Shown: positions 1-13,500, counted from the stretch's first letter. The stretch: 64,000 nt of DNA from Acidobacteriota bacterium (GCA_003222675.1 QHWT01000068.1:7969-71968); one strand, 5' to 3'. Made by a program: numbers and translations. The notes: generated from the letters alone by a model not told the origin.

Positions 1-1
1 G

Positions 2-112
2 ACACTCGTCGGCGCCGCGCTCGTGCTCGCGACCATCGGCGCGGTTTCCGGCTGGCTTCCCGCCTGGCGCGCATCGCAGATCGATCCTGCTGTCGTCCTG
101 CGCAACCAGTAG
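2..112 (+). CDS. 3' end of ABC transporter permease (ADOP/MacB-FtsX type), partial
   Basis: Frame 2 reads TLVGAALVLATIGAVSGWLPAWRASQIDPAVVLRNQ*, matching the PARRA..VDP..ALR C-terminus of the two full permeases in this window. Confidence 0.8.
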   Translation, partial: TLVGAALVLATIGAVSGWLPAWRASQIDPAVVLRNQ

Positions 113-244
113 GCCCGACCTTTAGGTCGGGCGTTTCACGAATCAGCTCGTTACTGGTTAGGTACACGCCCGACCTCAGATAGGGCGTCTCCGAATAAAC
201 TCGTTGCTGGTTACCCGCACGCCCGACCTAAAGGTCGGGCCTAC
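109..244. repeat. GTAG-family REP pair (REPIN/BIME-like)
   Basis: GTAGGCCCGACCTTTAGGTCGGGCG (109-133) and its exact reverse complement (220-244), with a third degenerate hairpin and two similar spacers between. Confidence 0.8.
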
Positions 245-262
245 AGGAGGACAGGAGCCCGA

Positions 263-1114
263 GTGCTCACCCGGTTCGCGCCGGCCCCAACGGGGTGGCT
301 TCATCTCGGTCACGTGCTCAATGCGGAGTACGTCTGGGGCTCGGGCGCGCGGGTGCTGCTTCGCATCGAGGATCACGATCGCGACCGCAGCCGTCCCGAG
401 TACGAGGCTGGCATCTACCAGGATCTCGAGTGGCTCGGATATCGTCCCGACATCATTGCGGGCCGGCAGAGCGATCGCGATGACGTGTATCGCGAGGCGA
501 TCGAGATCCTGCGCGCGCAAGGGCTGGTTTACGCGTGCGACTGCACGAGGAGCGAAATCGGGTCTGGTGGTGCGCCCGCCGCTGCCCGCGCTGCGACTCA
601 CGCGGGCGACGACGAGGCCACGCCGAAGCCGCTTCGCGGAGGCGTGGGCCCTTACGAGCTCCGGTATTCCGGACGGTGTCGCAATCGTGGTCTGCCCCTG
701 GTTGACGGCTATGGCTGGCGGGTGCGCACCGATCCCGGTGTCGAGCGTTTCATAGACGAGCGGCTCGGACCGCAGGAACAGGATCCGTTACGCCAATGCG
801 GTGATTTCCTGGTGCGCGACCGGCGTGGCAACTGGACCTACCAGTTCGCCGTGACGGTCGACGACTGGCGGCAGGAGATCGACCTCGTCGTTCGCGGCGT
901 GGATCTGCTGCCATCGACCGGACGTCAGATCCGGCTCGCGCGCCTGCTCGGACGCGAGCGTCCGCCCGCATTCCTCCATCATCCGCTGATCATGAAGTCG
1001 CCGCATCAGAAGTTGAGCAAGTCCGATCGCGACACCGGCGTGCGCGATCTCCGCGCGAGAGGGTGGACGCGCGAACAGGTGCGCGCGGCGGTGCAAAGCG
1101 GCGCGCAACGGTGA
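263..1114 (+). CDS. gluQ: glutamyl-Q tRNA(Asp) synthetase (GluRS catalytic-domain paralog)
   Basis: TRFAPAPTGWLHLGH (HIGH), LLRIEDHD, YACDCTR, VVRGVDL, KLSKS (KMSKS); no anticodon-binding domain; GGAGG upstream. Confidence 0.85.
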   Translation: MLTRFAPAPTGWLHLGHVLNAEYVWGSGARVLLRIEDHDRDRSRPEYEAGIYQDLEWLGYRPDIIAGRQSDRDDVYREAIEILRAQGLVYACDCTRSEIGSGGAPAAARAATHAGDDEATPKPLRGGVGPYELRYSGRCRNRGLPLVDGYGWRVRTDPGVERFIDERLGPQEQDPLRQCGDFLVRDRRGNWTYQFAVTVDDWRQEIDLVVRGVDLLPSTGRQIRLARLLGRERPPAFLHHPLIMKSPHQKLSKSDRDTGVRDLRARGWTREQVRAAVQSGAQR

Positions 1115-1177
1115 GGGTCGTGGGCTGGACGGCTGCGGAGGTGATTCGGATCCTGGTACGCTCAACAGCACGGAACG

Positions 1178-4159
1178 CTAACTCTGACCGATGCGCTGGC
1201 GAGCATCGACCGCGAGTGGATCGGGCGGGTCGGCGTGCTCGCGTAGCCTGAGGAAGGCCTGATAGTTGCGTCGCGCACCTTCCATGGTGCCGACGGCCTC
1301 TTGCGCACGTGCCAGGCTGTAATACACGGGCGAGAGGTAGCGCAGGCTCGAGCTGTCGGCAAAGAACGCGTCCGCCGCTTCGCCGCGGCGAGCCACGCAT
1401 CGATCCCACTCCTCCTCGGCCTGTGCAGCCTGCCCCGCCGAGGCGAAGGCTTCTGCCAGGAGGACGTGACCCGCCCACGAATCGTGCATCTTCAGCGCTT
1501 CTCTAATGCCGTCCAGCGCGTCGGGATAGCGCTTGTTATGCAGCGCGACCGCTGCTCTCAGCAACCCTCCGTACGAGCGCGTCTGCACCTGTAGCGCGTT
1601 CTCCATCCGGACCGCGAGTGCAAGCGCCCGCTCAGGATGCCCTGCGGCGATGAACGCGCGTCCTGCCGGGAACTGAACGGCCTCGTGCTGGCTGTGGCCC
1701 AGGGCAGCTTCAGCGGCGTTCGAGGCGTGTTTCAGCTGCCCCATTGCGAGACGCGCCTCCGCCATCGCAACCTCTTTGAGCGCGAGGTTGCTCCAGCTGT
1801 GCTCCTTTGCGTCGGCGGCCGCGCCGGACACGAGCATCTCGAGCGCCTGCCGGTGACGCCCAAGGTACATTTCGAGGTCGGCGATTCCCATGTTTGCGAG
1901 AGAACGCCCGAGCGGACTCACGCGCTCCATGTGCGCGTAGGCGGCGCGAGCACCCGCAACGTCGCCGTTCGCCAGTGTCGACAACGCGAGCGTGAGGTGG
2001 GCGAACTCGTACGATCCGTTCACTTTCAGCACGAGCTCGGCCTGCCGCACGGCGGTCGGAAAATCTCCGGCGTACATCGAATAGGTCGCATAGTTGGTGC
2101 GCTGCAGCACGTTCCCGGGATTGATCTCGGTCGCTTTCTTTCCGACCTCCACCGCTTTCCTGACGTTCCGCACGTAGACATACGCCAGCGCGAGATTGGC
2201 ATGGCCCATGTTGTCCGCGGGATACTCGTTCACCAGCCGCTCGAAATTTGCGATCGCCTGCTCGTAATCTCGCTGGATACCCAGGTAGTACAGGCCGCGG
2301 GTCCTGTACTTTTCGCGAGCGGTCATGCGATCGAGATGCTTGAGTGCCTCGTCGTAATGCGCCTTGGCCCGATCGTCCTCCTTCAAATTCGTATAGATCG
2401 ACGCCATGTTCACGTAAGCGCGCCCAAAATTCGGATCGAGCTTCACGGCGTTCTCGAATGACGTCAATGCCTCGCGCGGCTTGCCGGCCGCGTTGAGTTC
2501 CTGGCCCCGCGCGTATGCACGCATCGCGTCGATCGATCCAGCGGTGAACGTTTCCGCATCCGCCGCCTTCGACGTATGTCCTGCAGTGTCGCCGAGTTTC
2601 GTTCGTATGTTCGATGCGAGCGAACCGATGGCCTGCAGCACCGTCCCCTTTTCGCTGGCGGCAACCGTGCTGGTGGCGATCGTCTTATCGGTGCGCGGAT
2701 CGATGGCTTTCACCGAGACGCTATAGCCGGACCCGCTGCTGACAATCGAGCCCGCGAGGATTATGCCGATCCCCTCGCGCGTGGCGACGATCCGCGCGCC
2801 TGGCTCGTCCAGCGATTGGCTGCCGGAGACGGCCGCCAAGGTGCGCCGCGCGGCATCGCGTCCATAGGACGAGATGAACGACGCTCCCTCCATCGCGATC
2901 CCAAGCGCCTGCTCGAGCGATCCCTGGAATACGGAATCCCCCGTGCCGTTCTGAAAATCGGCAATCAGCACCGAGAGCGGCGGACGAGCCGCAGTGGCGA
3001 CGGCTGGTGCGTGAGTCCGCGACCACCATCCGCCGCCAAGCGCACCGAATGCGAGGACGAGCACCGTGACACCGGCGGCGATCGCCAGTCGCCATGCGTG
3101 CCGGCGCGGAGCGGAGGGCACGAGCGGGCGCCCTTCAGCGTCAAGGCTGTCGAGCGCGGCGACGAGCGCGGCGGTCGTCTGAAATCGAGTCTCGGGCTCC
3201 GGCTGGATGCACGTGCCAACCAGCTCACCGAGCGATTGAGGCACCGTCGGGACGATCGTCTGCAGCGATGCCGGCGCGTGCATCATGCGCGACATCATCT
3301 CGGCGATTCCGCCTTCCTCGGACTGCAGCCGTTGGCGGCCGGCGATCATGTCGTACAGAATGAGGCCGAACGCGTAGATGTCGCTGCGGCAATCGACCGA
3401 TAAGCCGCGCCCCTGTTCCGGGGCCATGTATTCCAGAGTGCCGACGATGACTCCGTGCGCCGTCATCGTCGCGCCGCCACCCATCGATCGCGAAATACCG
3501 AAATCCATGATCAATGCGTGGCCATCCGCATCGATCATCACGTTCTCAGGCTTGAGGTCGCGGTGCACGACGCCGGCGTCGTGCGCGGCCAGCAGTCCGG
3601 CGGCGATTTGCCTCGCGATCCCGAGAGCCCGTGCGGCGGGCAACGGACCGTCGCGGAGAACGCTTGCGAGGTCTCGTCCCTCCACGTACGGCATCGTCAA
3701 ATACTTGATGCCGTCAATCTCTCCCAGATCGTGAATGCGGACGACGTTCTTGTGGGTGACCTGTCGTGCGAGGAGCAACTCGCGCTTGAAGCGCCGCTCG
3801 ACGTCCTGTGCCGCGTAAGGATCTTCGAGGACTTCCGGGCGAATCACTTTGAGCGCAACGGCGACGCCGAGCGCATCGTCCCATGCCTGGTACACGACAC
3901 CCATGCCACCGGAACCGAGCACGCGAAGGATGCGATACCGCGTGCCAAAAGGTGCGCCTGGCTGAAGCGGCAGATGGTTGGCGACACCGGCCGCGCCTGG
4001 CGGTGGCGCACTCGTTCCGGGCCTTGTCTCGAGGCTGCTGTCAGGAACAGGGGTCATCGTTGCCGCTGTGGGCCATCTCGCGGCGCCCGAATGCGCCGCG
4101 TCGCATGCGACACAGCGGCCGGACCGAGACGAGTCGGCGCCGCACTTCGGGCAGACCAT
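1178..4159 (-). CDS. Hanks-type Ser/Thr protein kinase with transmembrane helix and C-terminal TPR repeats
   Basis: LGSGGMGVVY, VALKVI, HRDLKPEN, DFG, GTLEYMAPE; N-terminal CPKC zinc ribbon; TM segment; TPR-like helical repeats. Confidence 0.92.
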   Translation of the reverse strand: MVCPKCGADSSRSGRCVACDAAHSGAARWPTAATMTPVPDSSLETRPGTSAPPPGAAGVANHLPLQPGAPFGTRYRILRVLGSGGMGVVYQAWDDALGVAVALKVIRPEVLEDPYAAQDVERRFKRELLLARQVTHKNVVRIHDLGEIDGIKYLTMPYVEGRDLASVLRDGPLPAARALGIARQIAAGLLAAHDAGVVHRDLKPENVMIDADGHALIMDFGISRSMGGGATMTAHGVIVGTLEYMAPEQGRGLSVDCRSDIYAFGLILYDMIAGRQRLQSEEGGIAEMMSRMMHAPASLQTIVPTVPQSLGELVGTCIQPEPETRFQTTAALVAALDSLDAEGRPLVPSAPRRHAWRLAIAAGVTVLVLAFGALGGGWWSRTHAPAVATAARPPLSVLIADFQNGTGDSVFQGSLEQALGIAMEGASFISSYGRDAARRTLAAVSGSQSLDEPGARIVATREGIGIILAGSIVSSGSGYSVSVKAIDPRTDKTIATSTVAASEKGTVLQAIGSLASNIRTKLGDTAGHTSKAADAETFTAGSIDAMRAYARGQELNAAGKPREALTSFENAVKLDPNFGRAYVNMASIYTNLKEDDRAKAHYDEALKHLDRMTAREKYRTRGLYYLGIQRDYEQAIANFERLVNEYPADNMGHANLALAYVYVRNVRKAVEVGKKATEINPGNVLQRTNYATYSMYAGDFPTAVRQAELVLKVNGSYEFAHLTLALSTLANGDVAGARAAYAHMERVSPLGRSLANMGIADLEMYLGRHRQALEMLVSGAAADAKEHSWSNLALKEVAMAEARLAMGQLKHASNAAEAALGHSQHEAVQFPAGRAFIAAGHPERALALAVRMENALQVQTRSYGGLLRAAVALHNKRYPDALDGIREALKMHDSWAGHVLLAEAFASAGQAAQAEEEWDRCVARRGEAADAFFADSSSLRYLSPVYYSLARAQEAVGTMEGARRNYQAFLRLREHADPPDPLAVDARQRIGQS

Positions 4160-4510
4160 AGATTAGGCTCCGATGGGAAAGAGAGTATGCGCCGAAACTC
4201 GCCCTCAGACCAGCGAATCTCGCCTAATCGTTCGCGAGCGGCGACGGCTGCCGCCGCGTATGTCCTTCGTGCCCCCGAAGTACTCCTTTGTGGAGACTAC
4301 AGGCGGATCCGCGGAGCTACGCGTTCACCGGAGAGATGTCGCCAGCGACACTTCTAGAGCGCGCCGCGCCAGTTTCATACCGAATCCACTTGCCTCACGT
4401 ACGTGACTCCTCCATAATCTGCGCCTTCCCTGCAGACCCTTCGCAGCGCTGCGACAGACCAAAAAACAGCGGATTCAGCCCTGGGTTCGTAGATCCGAAT
4501 CGAGGCAGTT

Positions 4511-7500
4511 ATGAAGCGTGCCGTCGCTTGGTCGGCTGTCTTTGCGATTCTGCTTTCCGCTGGACTCAATGGACAGGCGCCGCACGCAGGTCGGAGTGCG
4601 CCGCTTCAACCTGGCCCAAACGTGAACGCGGTCGGCGGCGTTGCCAATCCGCACGATCCCGCCGCCCTCGTGAAGGCCGACCTGAACCAACAGCGGCAGA
4701 ACGAGACGGTTGCCGCGGCGTCGACACGCAATCCCGATCACATCCTCGCGGCCGCGAACGATTATCGGTTCGTTGATTTTCCTGAGGATCAGTTCTTCGG
4801 CGGAACGCAGAACTTTCTCTCGCGATTGATCGCGCGCCTCGTCGGCAGGCCGATGCGGCATGTTCCGGCGAGGACGGCTGCCGCGGTCGGCGCGTGGACC
4901 GGAGTGTACAGATCGTGCGATCGCGGCCGCACGTGGATCGGCAGCGCAGTCCCCGGCAGCGCCTTGGATTTTTCGGACGCGTCGAACAACTCCGCGCTCA
5001 AGCGCCTCACGGAGAGCGCCGAACTCCAAGGCGGCCATGCGGAGACAACCGACCCCGTGCTCGTCGCCGGACCCGGCGGACGGATGCATCTCGCCGTCCT
5101 GGGATTCGTGCGTTTCGCCGGCGGCAGCGTCGGCGACAGCCGGATGTATTACGTCAGCTACACGGACCGGAACAACCGCGAAGGCGGAACGTGCTTCAAC
5201 TACGACTTCATGCGCGAGATCGATTCGGCGGCGGCGTATGCGTCGATCGCCGCGCCGAATGCTGAAGGCCCATTCATCGACAAACCGACGATCGCGGTCG
5301 ATAAGGACGGGACGTTGTATGTCGCATACACGGTGTTCAACGACACGGTGAAGAGCCGGATCGTCGTCGCGCGATCGTCGGACGGTGGCGCGACCTGGAA
5401 GAAAACGATCCCGCTGCTGAACGCGGGATTCCTTCGTAATCATGGCGCCGCGCTCACCGTGGATCCGCTGAACGGCACCGTCTATCTCGCGTGGCGCATG
5501 TTCTTCGACAACTGGCCGCTGATGGTGATCTCGCGATCATTCGATCGCGGCCGCACGTTCCTGCCGGCCACGCCGATCTCGCACTTCTGGCCGGCGCGCG
5601 GCGTGGACAAGATCATCGATCAGTTGAAAGCCGCCAGGCTTCAGCCATACGACCAGTTCTCCGCGGGACAGAACGATCCCGTCGACCTGAGATTCCGGAC
5701 GGCTACCGCCCGATCACTCGCGTTCCCCACCATCGTCGCGGGCGTCGTGAACGGCCGATCGAAGGTGTTCGCGGCATGGGTCGAGCGTGCGGATGTGACG
5801 CCGGGTTCCATGACGTTCGGCCAGCCAAGCGCGACCGGCAGCCCTCGCATCATGTTTTCCATGTCGGACAACGGCATCACCTTTACACCGCGCCGCGCCA
5901 TCGACGCGGCGCCGCGGCGGGAGAACCTCTTTCAAGTGGGGGTCGGCTCGATGCTGACGCGGCCATCAGGCCCGCAGGTCCAGCCGGTCCTGACCATGAG
6001 CGGCACCACGAACGGTCAACTGCTGCTGATGTACTACGAGAGCCGCGATGAGCTCGACGCCGTCACTCAGTCCATCAGCGGCCTCGAACGCGTGTTGGAC
6101 GTGCGCGCGCTGCGCATCGATCCGAGCACGGGCGAGCCGCTTGCCCCTTCCGTGCAGGTGTCGCAGTACCCCGTCGTGACGAATTCGTCTCCTGTGACGC
6201 TGCCGGAAACCGCGCCGGGCTATCGGATGGCAAACCGTCAGAACCTCACGATGTACAGCGGCGGCTTCGCCGCGTTCTTTGGTGATTACGCGCACCTCAG
6301 CCCCTCGCGGCCGTTCGAGTTCAAAGCAGGAGAGTGGACGTGGACGTCGGAGGCAAGCCCGTCGCTCGCGATCTGGACCGACAACCGCGACGTTGCCTTT
6401 CCCTTGAACGCAGAGGGACGCGTGGACATCAGCCGCGACTGGACGAAGTACATGCCGATCGTACCGACCGATTCGATGGCCACATTGCCACCGGACTGCA
6501 CGTTCGTGTCGAGCCGCAACTCGAACCCGTACTTCACCGAAATCGGCGGCATCATTGCCGGCGCGCCGCAATCGTTCAAACCGCTGACGATTCAGCGCGC
6601 GTTTGCCACCTATGTCGAGAACCGCACGCCGGACGATCGCTTCTTCAGGCTGACGATTCAGGACGATGAAGCGCGGGGGATTGACGGATCTTTCGACCAG
6701 TTCGATTTCGGTGCCGGGAGCGACGTGCGCAACGTGAAGATTTTCGGCCACTCGAGCCATCACCGCACGATTTGGGTTCAACCGCGGCCGCAAGCACCAA
6801 CCGCGTCGTTGTCGATGCTCGTGCAGGAAACGACGACGCTCGGTGGCGTGCTGAAGGCCGACGGCTACGTCGCCCGCGTCGTGATCAACCCGGATCCGAA
6901 CAACGATGCGCTGACCACGGTTCCGGCCACGGCGCCGCAATTCGCAGGAGACCCGACGATCACCGCGGATAATTCCGAGCTGCACAACCCGCAGATCTCT
7001 TCGCCGCAGATCTCGACGTTCCGCGTGACGGCGCCGCAGATCTCGAGCCCGCAGATCTCGTCGCCCCAGATCTCGAGCCCGCAGATCTCGACGCCGCAAA
7101 TCTCCAGTCCGCAGATCTCGACCCCGCAGATTTCCTCACCGCAGATCTCGACCCCGCAGATCAGCACCGCGCCGCCCGACGAAGGAAACGGCACCGACGT
7201 GACCTATACCGTCACCAACCAGGGGACGACGTGGACGACGTACGAGGCGTTGTTCAACGTGCCGGGAGTAACCAATCTCATCGGAAGCGGCAACTATCAG
7301 TTCCAGGTCTTGATCACACGCACCAGCCTGGTGCCAGCGTTCCTGCAGACCGCGAAGGGCTGCGAGCCCGCGGCCAGGACCGAGGTGCAGGTCATCGCCA
7401 ACATTCCGGTCCCGCAGATTTCGTCGCCGCAGATTGCGACGCTCTCGAACCCGCAGATCTCGACGCCGCAGATCTCGACACCGCAGATTGCGACGTTTTC

Positions 7501-10500
7501 GCTGGCACCGGCGGGCGGCGCCGATGACTCGACCCAGAACGGCACCGCGGCGGTGTCGATCGCGCGCGCCGCCGCACTGTCGACAGGCAACGACGACAGC
7601 CACTCGCCGATCCTGCGAGACGAGGTGAAGGTCACGCTGCGGGCCATTGCGCTTCGTCCACGCGCGGAGATCCTCGCGAACGGCGGCACGCTGTTCGAGC
7701 CGAGGAGAGTGGTCGTGCGCGTCGAGTCTGAATCGACGAACGTCGTGCGCGGCATCATCCAGCCGGACGGCACGCAGCCCGCCGACGTCAGGCTCCTGAC
7801 GCCGACCGTCAGCCTCACCGGAGGTAGCTTCGCGTTCGATGGCAATCGGCATCCCGCGACCGGTTTCGCCTTCGGCGTGAATGGAATCAACGACGTTCTG
7901 AGTCCGGCCCTGACATTCAGCTACGTGGGCATCGGCTCAACGGTGTATGGGCCCGCGACGACCGCGCCGACTGATGTGGGCACTTACAGCGCGGTGGGGA
8001 CGTTCGCCGGAAATCTCAATTACTCTGCCGCCTCGAACAGCGCGGTCATCAACATCACCGCCGCAGGCGGGACGGCGCCTGAAACAACAGTCGCATCCGG
8101 CCCGCCGTCAAACAGCCTGAGCAGAACGGCGAGTTTTACTTTCACGTCGAGCAACGAACTGAGCACGTTCGCCTGCAGTCTGGATGGCGGCGCATTCGCC
8201 GCCTGCACGAGTCCGGCAACGTATTTCGGTCTCGTAAACGGCAGCCACACCTTCCGCGTTCAGGCCACCGATCGTGCCAACACCGATCCGACGCCCGCGA
8301 GTTACTCGTGGACGGTCAACGTCGCCGCGAACTACGAGGTGTTGCACTACTTGGGCAGTGCTTTCTTGGACTCCTCGAACGGATTCCTTTCCACCGCTCC
8401 TCTGCTCCAGGGAACTGACGGATTCTTCTACGGCACAACTCGGTCAGGCGGTGCTTTCGGAGGGGGAACGGCGTTCAGAATCGATTCCTCTGGTCATCTC
8501 GTACTGTTGACGTCGTTTCCCCCTCTCGCAGAGCCGTCCGGACCTTTGACCCTTGCGACTGATGGCAACTTCTACGTCACGGGGCGACTTGGCGGGCCGA
8601 TTAGTGCTGGGGCGATCTACAGGTTCGATACCGGCGGGCATCTCACGACACTTCACCCGCTGGCCTCCTCCACGGAAGGTGCGAATCCCTCGGCCGGCGT
8701 GATACAGGGGTCCGGCGGATTTTTCTACGGCTCGACAACCAGCGGAGGAGCTTTTAGCGGCGGCACTGTTTTTCGGATGGATACTGCTGGAAATCTCACG
8801 GTCCTTCACGCCTTCAACAACGAGGATGGCGCGTTGCCGCTCAGAGTCATCCAGGCGCCCGATGGCAATCTGTACGGCACAACGATCTCAGGTGGTGCCT
8901 TCAACGCGGGCACGGTATTCCGGTTGACGACCTCCGGCGAGCTGACCGTCCTGCATGCCTTCGACCCATCTGTCGACGGGAGCAGTCCACAGGGAGGGCT
9001 CGTTCTCGCCACCGACGGCTTCTTCTATGGAACGACGGGGAGTTCCTTTGGGGCGTTCGGTGGGACGATCTACAAGATTGACAGGGACGGTCGCTTTGCA
9101 GTCGTGCATCGTCTTGACACAAACACCGAAGGGGCTGGACCGGTGAGCGAACTGATTCAGGGCAGCGACGGGAATTTCTACGGAGAGGCGGGCAGCGGCG
9201 GACAAACGGGCGGCGGCACGCTGTACCGGATGGACGGCAGCGGAAACGTCACCGTGCTCCATTTCTTCGGCGGGTCGGGCGATGGGCTCTTTCCCGGCGC
9301 CGGCGTGATTCAGGGCAGCGACGGCGCTCTCTATGGAACGACCGTCGGGTCCGCGAATTTTGCATCTACAGGCGTGGTCTTTCGATTCAACCTGGCAGGC
9401 GTGGCCGTGCCGACACGCACGGTCACGACGACGGCCAATGGTGGCGCCGGATCGCTGCGCCAGGCAATCCTCGACGCGAACGCGAGCGCCGGTGTCCGCG
9501 ACGAGATTCGCTTCGACATTCCCGGAGCGGGACCTCACACCATCGATTTGACCGAGGCGCTTCCGGCGCTCACCGGCCCTGTGTTCATCAACGGCGGCTC
9601 ACAGCCGGGCTATGCAGGCATTCCGTTGATTGTCGTGAGAAATCTCCAGAGCCTTCCAACAGGTTTGATGCTTTCACCGGCAGGCAACAGCCGCATCCGC
9701 GGCCTATCGATTGTGGGTTTCCGGACCACAGGGATTGACGCGCTGGCGGGGACCAACAACGTTATCGACGGTAATTACATCGGCGTGCTGCCGGATGGCA
9801 CGGCGTTCGAAAATGCTGTCGGCGTGTCGATCTCTGGAGCGGACAACCTGGTCGGCGGTACCACGGCCGACGCGCGCAACGTGATTTCCGGCAATCTGGG
9901 ATCGGGCATTCTCATCAAGGGGGCAAGCGCAAGGGGCAATCTCGTTCGAGGCAACTATGTTGGCATCGGCCCGGACGGGACAACGGCAATCCCGAACGGC
10001 CAGAGCGCCATCTTCCTCAGTGACGCATCGAGCAATACGGTCGGCGGGAACGTCAGCGGCGCCGGCAACGTGGTTTCCGGCAACCGTGGCGACGCAATTA
10101 CCGTGGACGGTGTGTCTGCAGTCGCGAACGTCATCCAGGGCAACCTGATTGGCACAGATCGAACGGGCCTGATCCGCGTTCCTAACGGAAACATCGGAAT
10201 TTCCGTCGTCGGCGCGGTGAACACCGCGATTGGTGGACCCGGACTCGGCCGAAACGTGGTCTCGGGGAACGTGATCGGGATTCAGGTTCGAGCGAATGCG
10301 ACGGGCACTGCCATCCAGAACAACTACATAGGCCTCGACGCGGCTGCCAGCGCTGCCATCTCGAATAGGTGGGGGGTGATGATTGTCGATTCTGCAAACG
10401 GCAATACCGTCGGCGGCATATCCCCGGGCGTCGGGAATGTCATCTCAGGCAATACCACGACCGGCGTTGAGATCGCGCAGAACTCGCAGTCGAATCTGAT

Positions 10501-13500
10501 CCAGGGCAACCTTATCGGCACCGATCCGTCCAGCAACACGGCAATCGCGAACGGGTTCGGAGTTTACCTGCACGGAGGCGCGTCGGGGAACACGATCGGC
10601 GGGTCTGTGCCAGGCGCCGGCAACGTCATCTCGGGCAACCAGACCGGGATCGGCGTGTTCGTCGACGAGGACGCGCCTTCGAACGTCGTCGCAGGCAACC
10701 GCGTCGGGACGAACGCGGCGGGCACTACGGCAGTGCCCAACGGCACAGGCATCCGCGTGTCGTCAGCGAACAACACCATCGGCGGAACGACCAGCGGCGC
10801 GCGAAACCTTGTCTCCGGCAACTCCGGACCATTTGATGCCGGCATCACCATCGCGGGCCCCGCTGCAACGGGCAATGTGATTCAGGGGAACTTCGTCGGA
10901 ACCGACGTCAGCGGCACTGGATCGATCCCGAATCTCGGAAACCAGGGCGCCATCCTCGTCACCGCCGGGGCAGCGTCCAACACGATAGGCGGAACGATCG
11001 CCGGCGCCGGAAACGTCGTGTCCGGCAACACCAGAGACGCCATCACGATCTGCTGCACTGTCCGCAACAACAGCGTTCAAGGCAATTTCATCGGCACCGA
11101 TCCGACCGGCATGGTCCGCGTAGGCAACGGCGGAATCGGCTTGGACATCGCCTTCGGCGCGCTCGATACCATGGTAGGGGGGCCGGGCGCGGCGCGCAAC
11201 ATCATTTCCGGCAACGGGACGGGCATTCTGATTCGAAATGATGCCAGCGGCACGCTCGTGCAGAACAACTACATCGGCGTCAACGCGACCGGCTCGGCCG
11301 CGCTGCCCAACGATGTCGGCGTTTGGATGATCAGTCTCTCGACAGCAGGTCAGGTCATAGGAGGCAGCGCGGACGGACTTGGGAACGTCATATCAGGTAA
11401 CGCCGGGGTCGGTCTGGACCTGGGGAACGCGGATGGAAATCGGATCGAAGGAAACCGAATCGGCACAGACGCGTCCGGAGACTCTGCCCTGGGAAACGGG
11501 TCCGCAGGTATTCGCCTCCAGGGATCGAGGAACAACACGATCGGCGGTTCGACGGCTGCTGCACGAAACCTCATTTCCGGTAATCGTGGCCACGGCGTCG
11601 ACGTGCAAAACAGCTCGACATCGAACGTTGTCTCCGGAAACTACATCGGTCTGAACGCCGCGGGAACCACTGCCATCGGAAACGGGCTCAGCGGGGTAGA
11701 GATTTCGTTCGCATCCGATAACCGCATCGGCGGATTCACCGCGTCGGAAGCGAACATCATTGGCGGCAACGCAACCGGCGTTGCGCTGGACGGCTTTGGT
11801 GCACTAGCCAATCACGTCACCGGCAACATCATCGGCTTAGGCGCGGACTGCTGCAGCCCGGCATCGGCTCGCGTGCCGAACAGGATCGGCGTCAGCATTT
11901 CCGGTACCACGGGCATCCCAGGACCGAATCAATTTCCGAACACCATCGGCGTGGACGTCGTTTCGGGGCTCGGGCGGGGCAACGTGATCTCGGCGAACAC
12001 GCTGAGCGGAGTGCGTATCGCTAGCAGCAGTATCGCAAACGCAATCTCCGGCAACTGGATCGGCACGGACCCGACCGGCGCTGTGGCGCTTCCGAACGGC
12101 ACGAATGGCGTGGAGCTCGATGGCGCCTCGAGCACCGGGGTGCAGTTCAACACGATCAAGTTCAATGCGCAGGCCGGCGTTCGCGTCCTCTCCGGGATTG
12201 ACAATCGCGTGGAGAACAACAACATCAGCTTCAACGGCGAACTCGGAATTGACCTGGGTCCCGCCGGCGTGACTCCCAACGACGATGCTGACGCGGATGC
12301 GGGCGCGAACAACCTGCAGAACTTTCCCGTGATCACGTCGGCGACCGCGTTCTCCGAGTCGACGCGCGTCACTGGCACATTGAACAGCACGCCGTCTACG
12401 ACGTTCACGCTGAGCTTTTATGGAAACGCAAGCTGTGACGCGTCAGGGAATGGCGAGGGAGAGTTCGCGCTCGGAAGTTCGACTGTCACGACCGATCTCA
12501 CCGGCAACGCCGCGTTCGATACGTTCGTGCCCGGGACGCTGCCGCCGGGCGCGTTCGTGACGACGACGGCAACCGATCCGTCGGGCAATACGTCCGAGTT
12601 CTCCGCATGCCAGCCGGAGTCCGGTTGGCAACCGTTCACGGCGCCGGGCACAGCGGCGGAAGTCACGACCGCCAATCCTCGATCGGGAAATGCGTCGCTC
12701 GAACTCGTGACCGAGCGCCAGGTCCCGGTTCTGGTCAACGCGCCAACGACGCCCTTCGGCACGTTCGGTCAGTTGAACGCGCTGTCGTTCGACTGGGCCA
12801 TCGACCCGGCCAGCCATGGTCAGCTGCCTCCCGACCTCGCGCTGCGCGTGTATCCCGCCAACGATCCGCGGTCGTTCTTCCTCCATTGGGATGCGTGCAA
12901 CAACGGGCTCTGTGCGTTCCGTCCGAAAGGGGTCTGGACCACCACGTCTCTCATCGGCCAGCTGTCGATTCAGTCTGCGGGACCGGGATTCAACACGCCG
13001 CCGGCTTCACTCGCCGAGATTCCTGCGGACGCGCCGATCTCGGGTATCGATCTGCGCGGCAACTTCAGCTTCGGCCTGCCGTCGTTCTCGTATATCGATA
13101 ACGTCACGATCGGGTTTACCGGCGGCCGCCCGATTGTCTTCAACTTCGAGCTTGTCAATCCTGCCGCCTCCCGGCATCGGCCTGTCATCGACTGGACAGC
13201 GCCGCCGGCGATCGCGGCGGGGACACCGCTGTCGTTCGCAGAGTTGAACGCGAGAAGCCCGGCAGCCGGGACCTTCACCTACACGCCGCCATCCGGAGCC
13301 GTTCTGCCGGCAGACGCGCACCCGCTGACCACGCAGTTCGCGCCGTCGGACAGTTCGCGATTCTTCCCGGTTTCGGAGCTGGTACCGCTGACGGTCACCG
13401 GTCTCCGCACGGTTCTGCCGGACGATGCCTCGTGGTTCCCGTTCCTGCCGAATCCCACTGCTTCTGCCGTCGTGACGGCTGCGAATCCAAGGTCTGGTAC

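Noticed and set aside
6989-7168. 15-bp repeats as a CRISPR or non-coding array
   Set aside because: No spacers; in frame within a long ORF with synonymous variation
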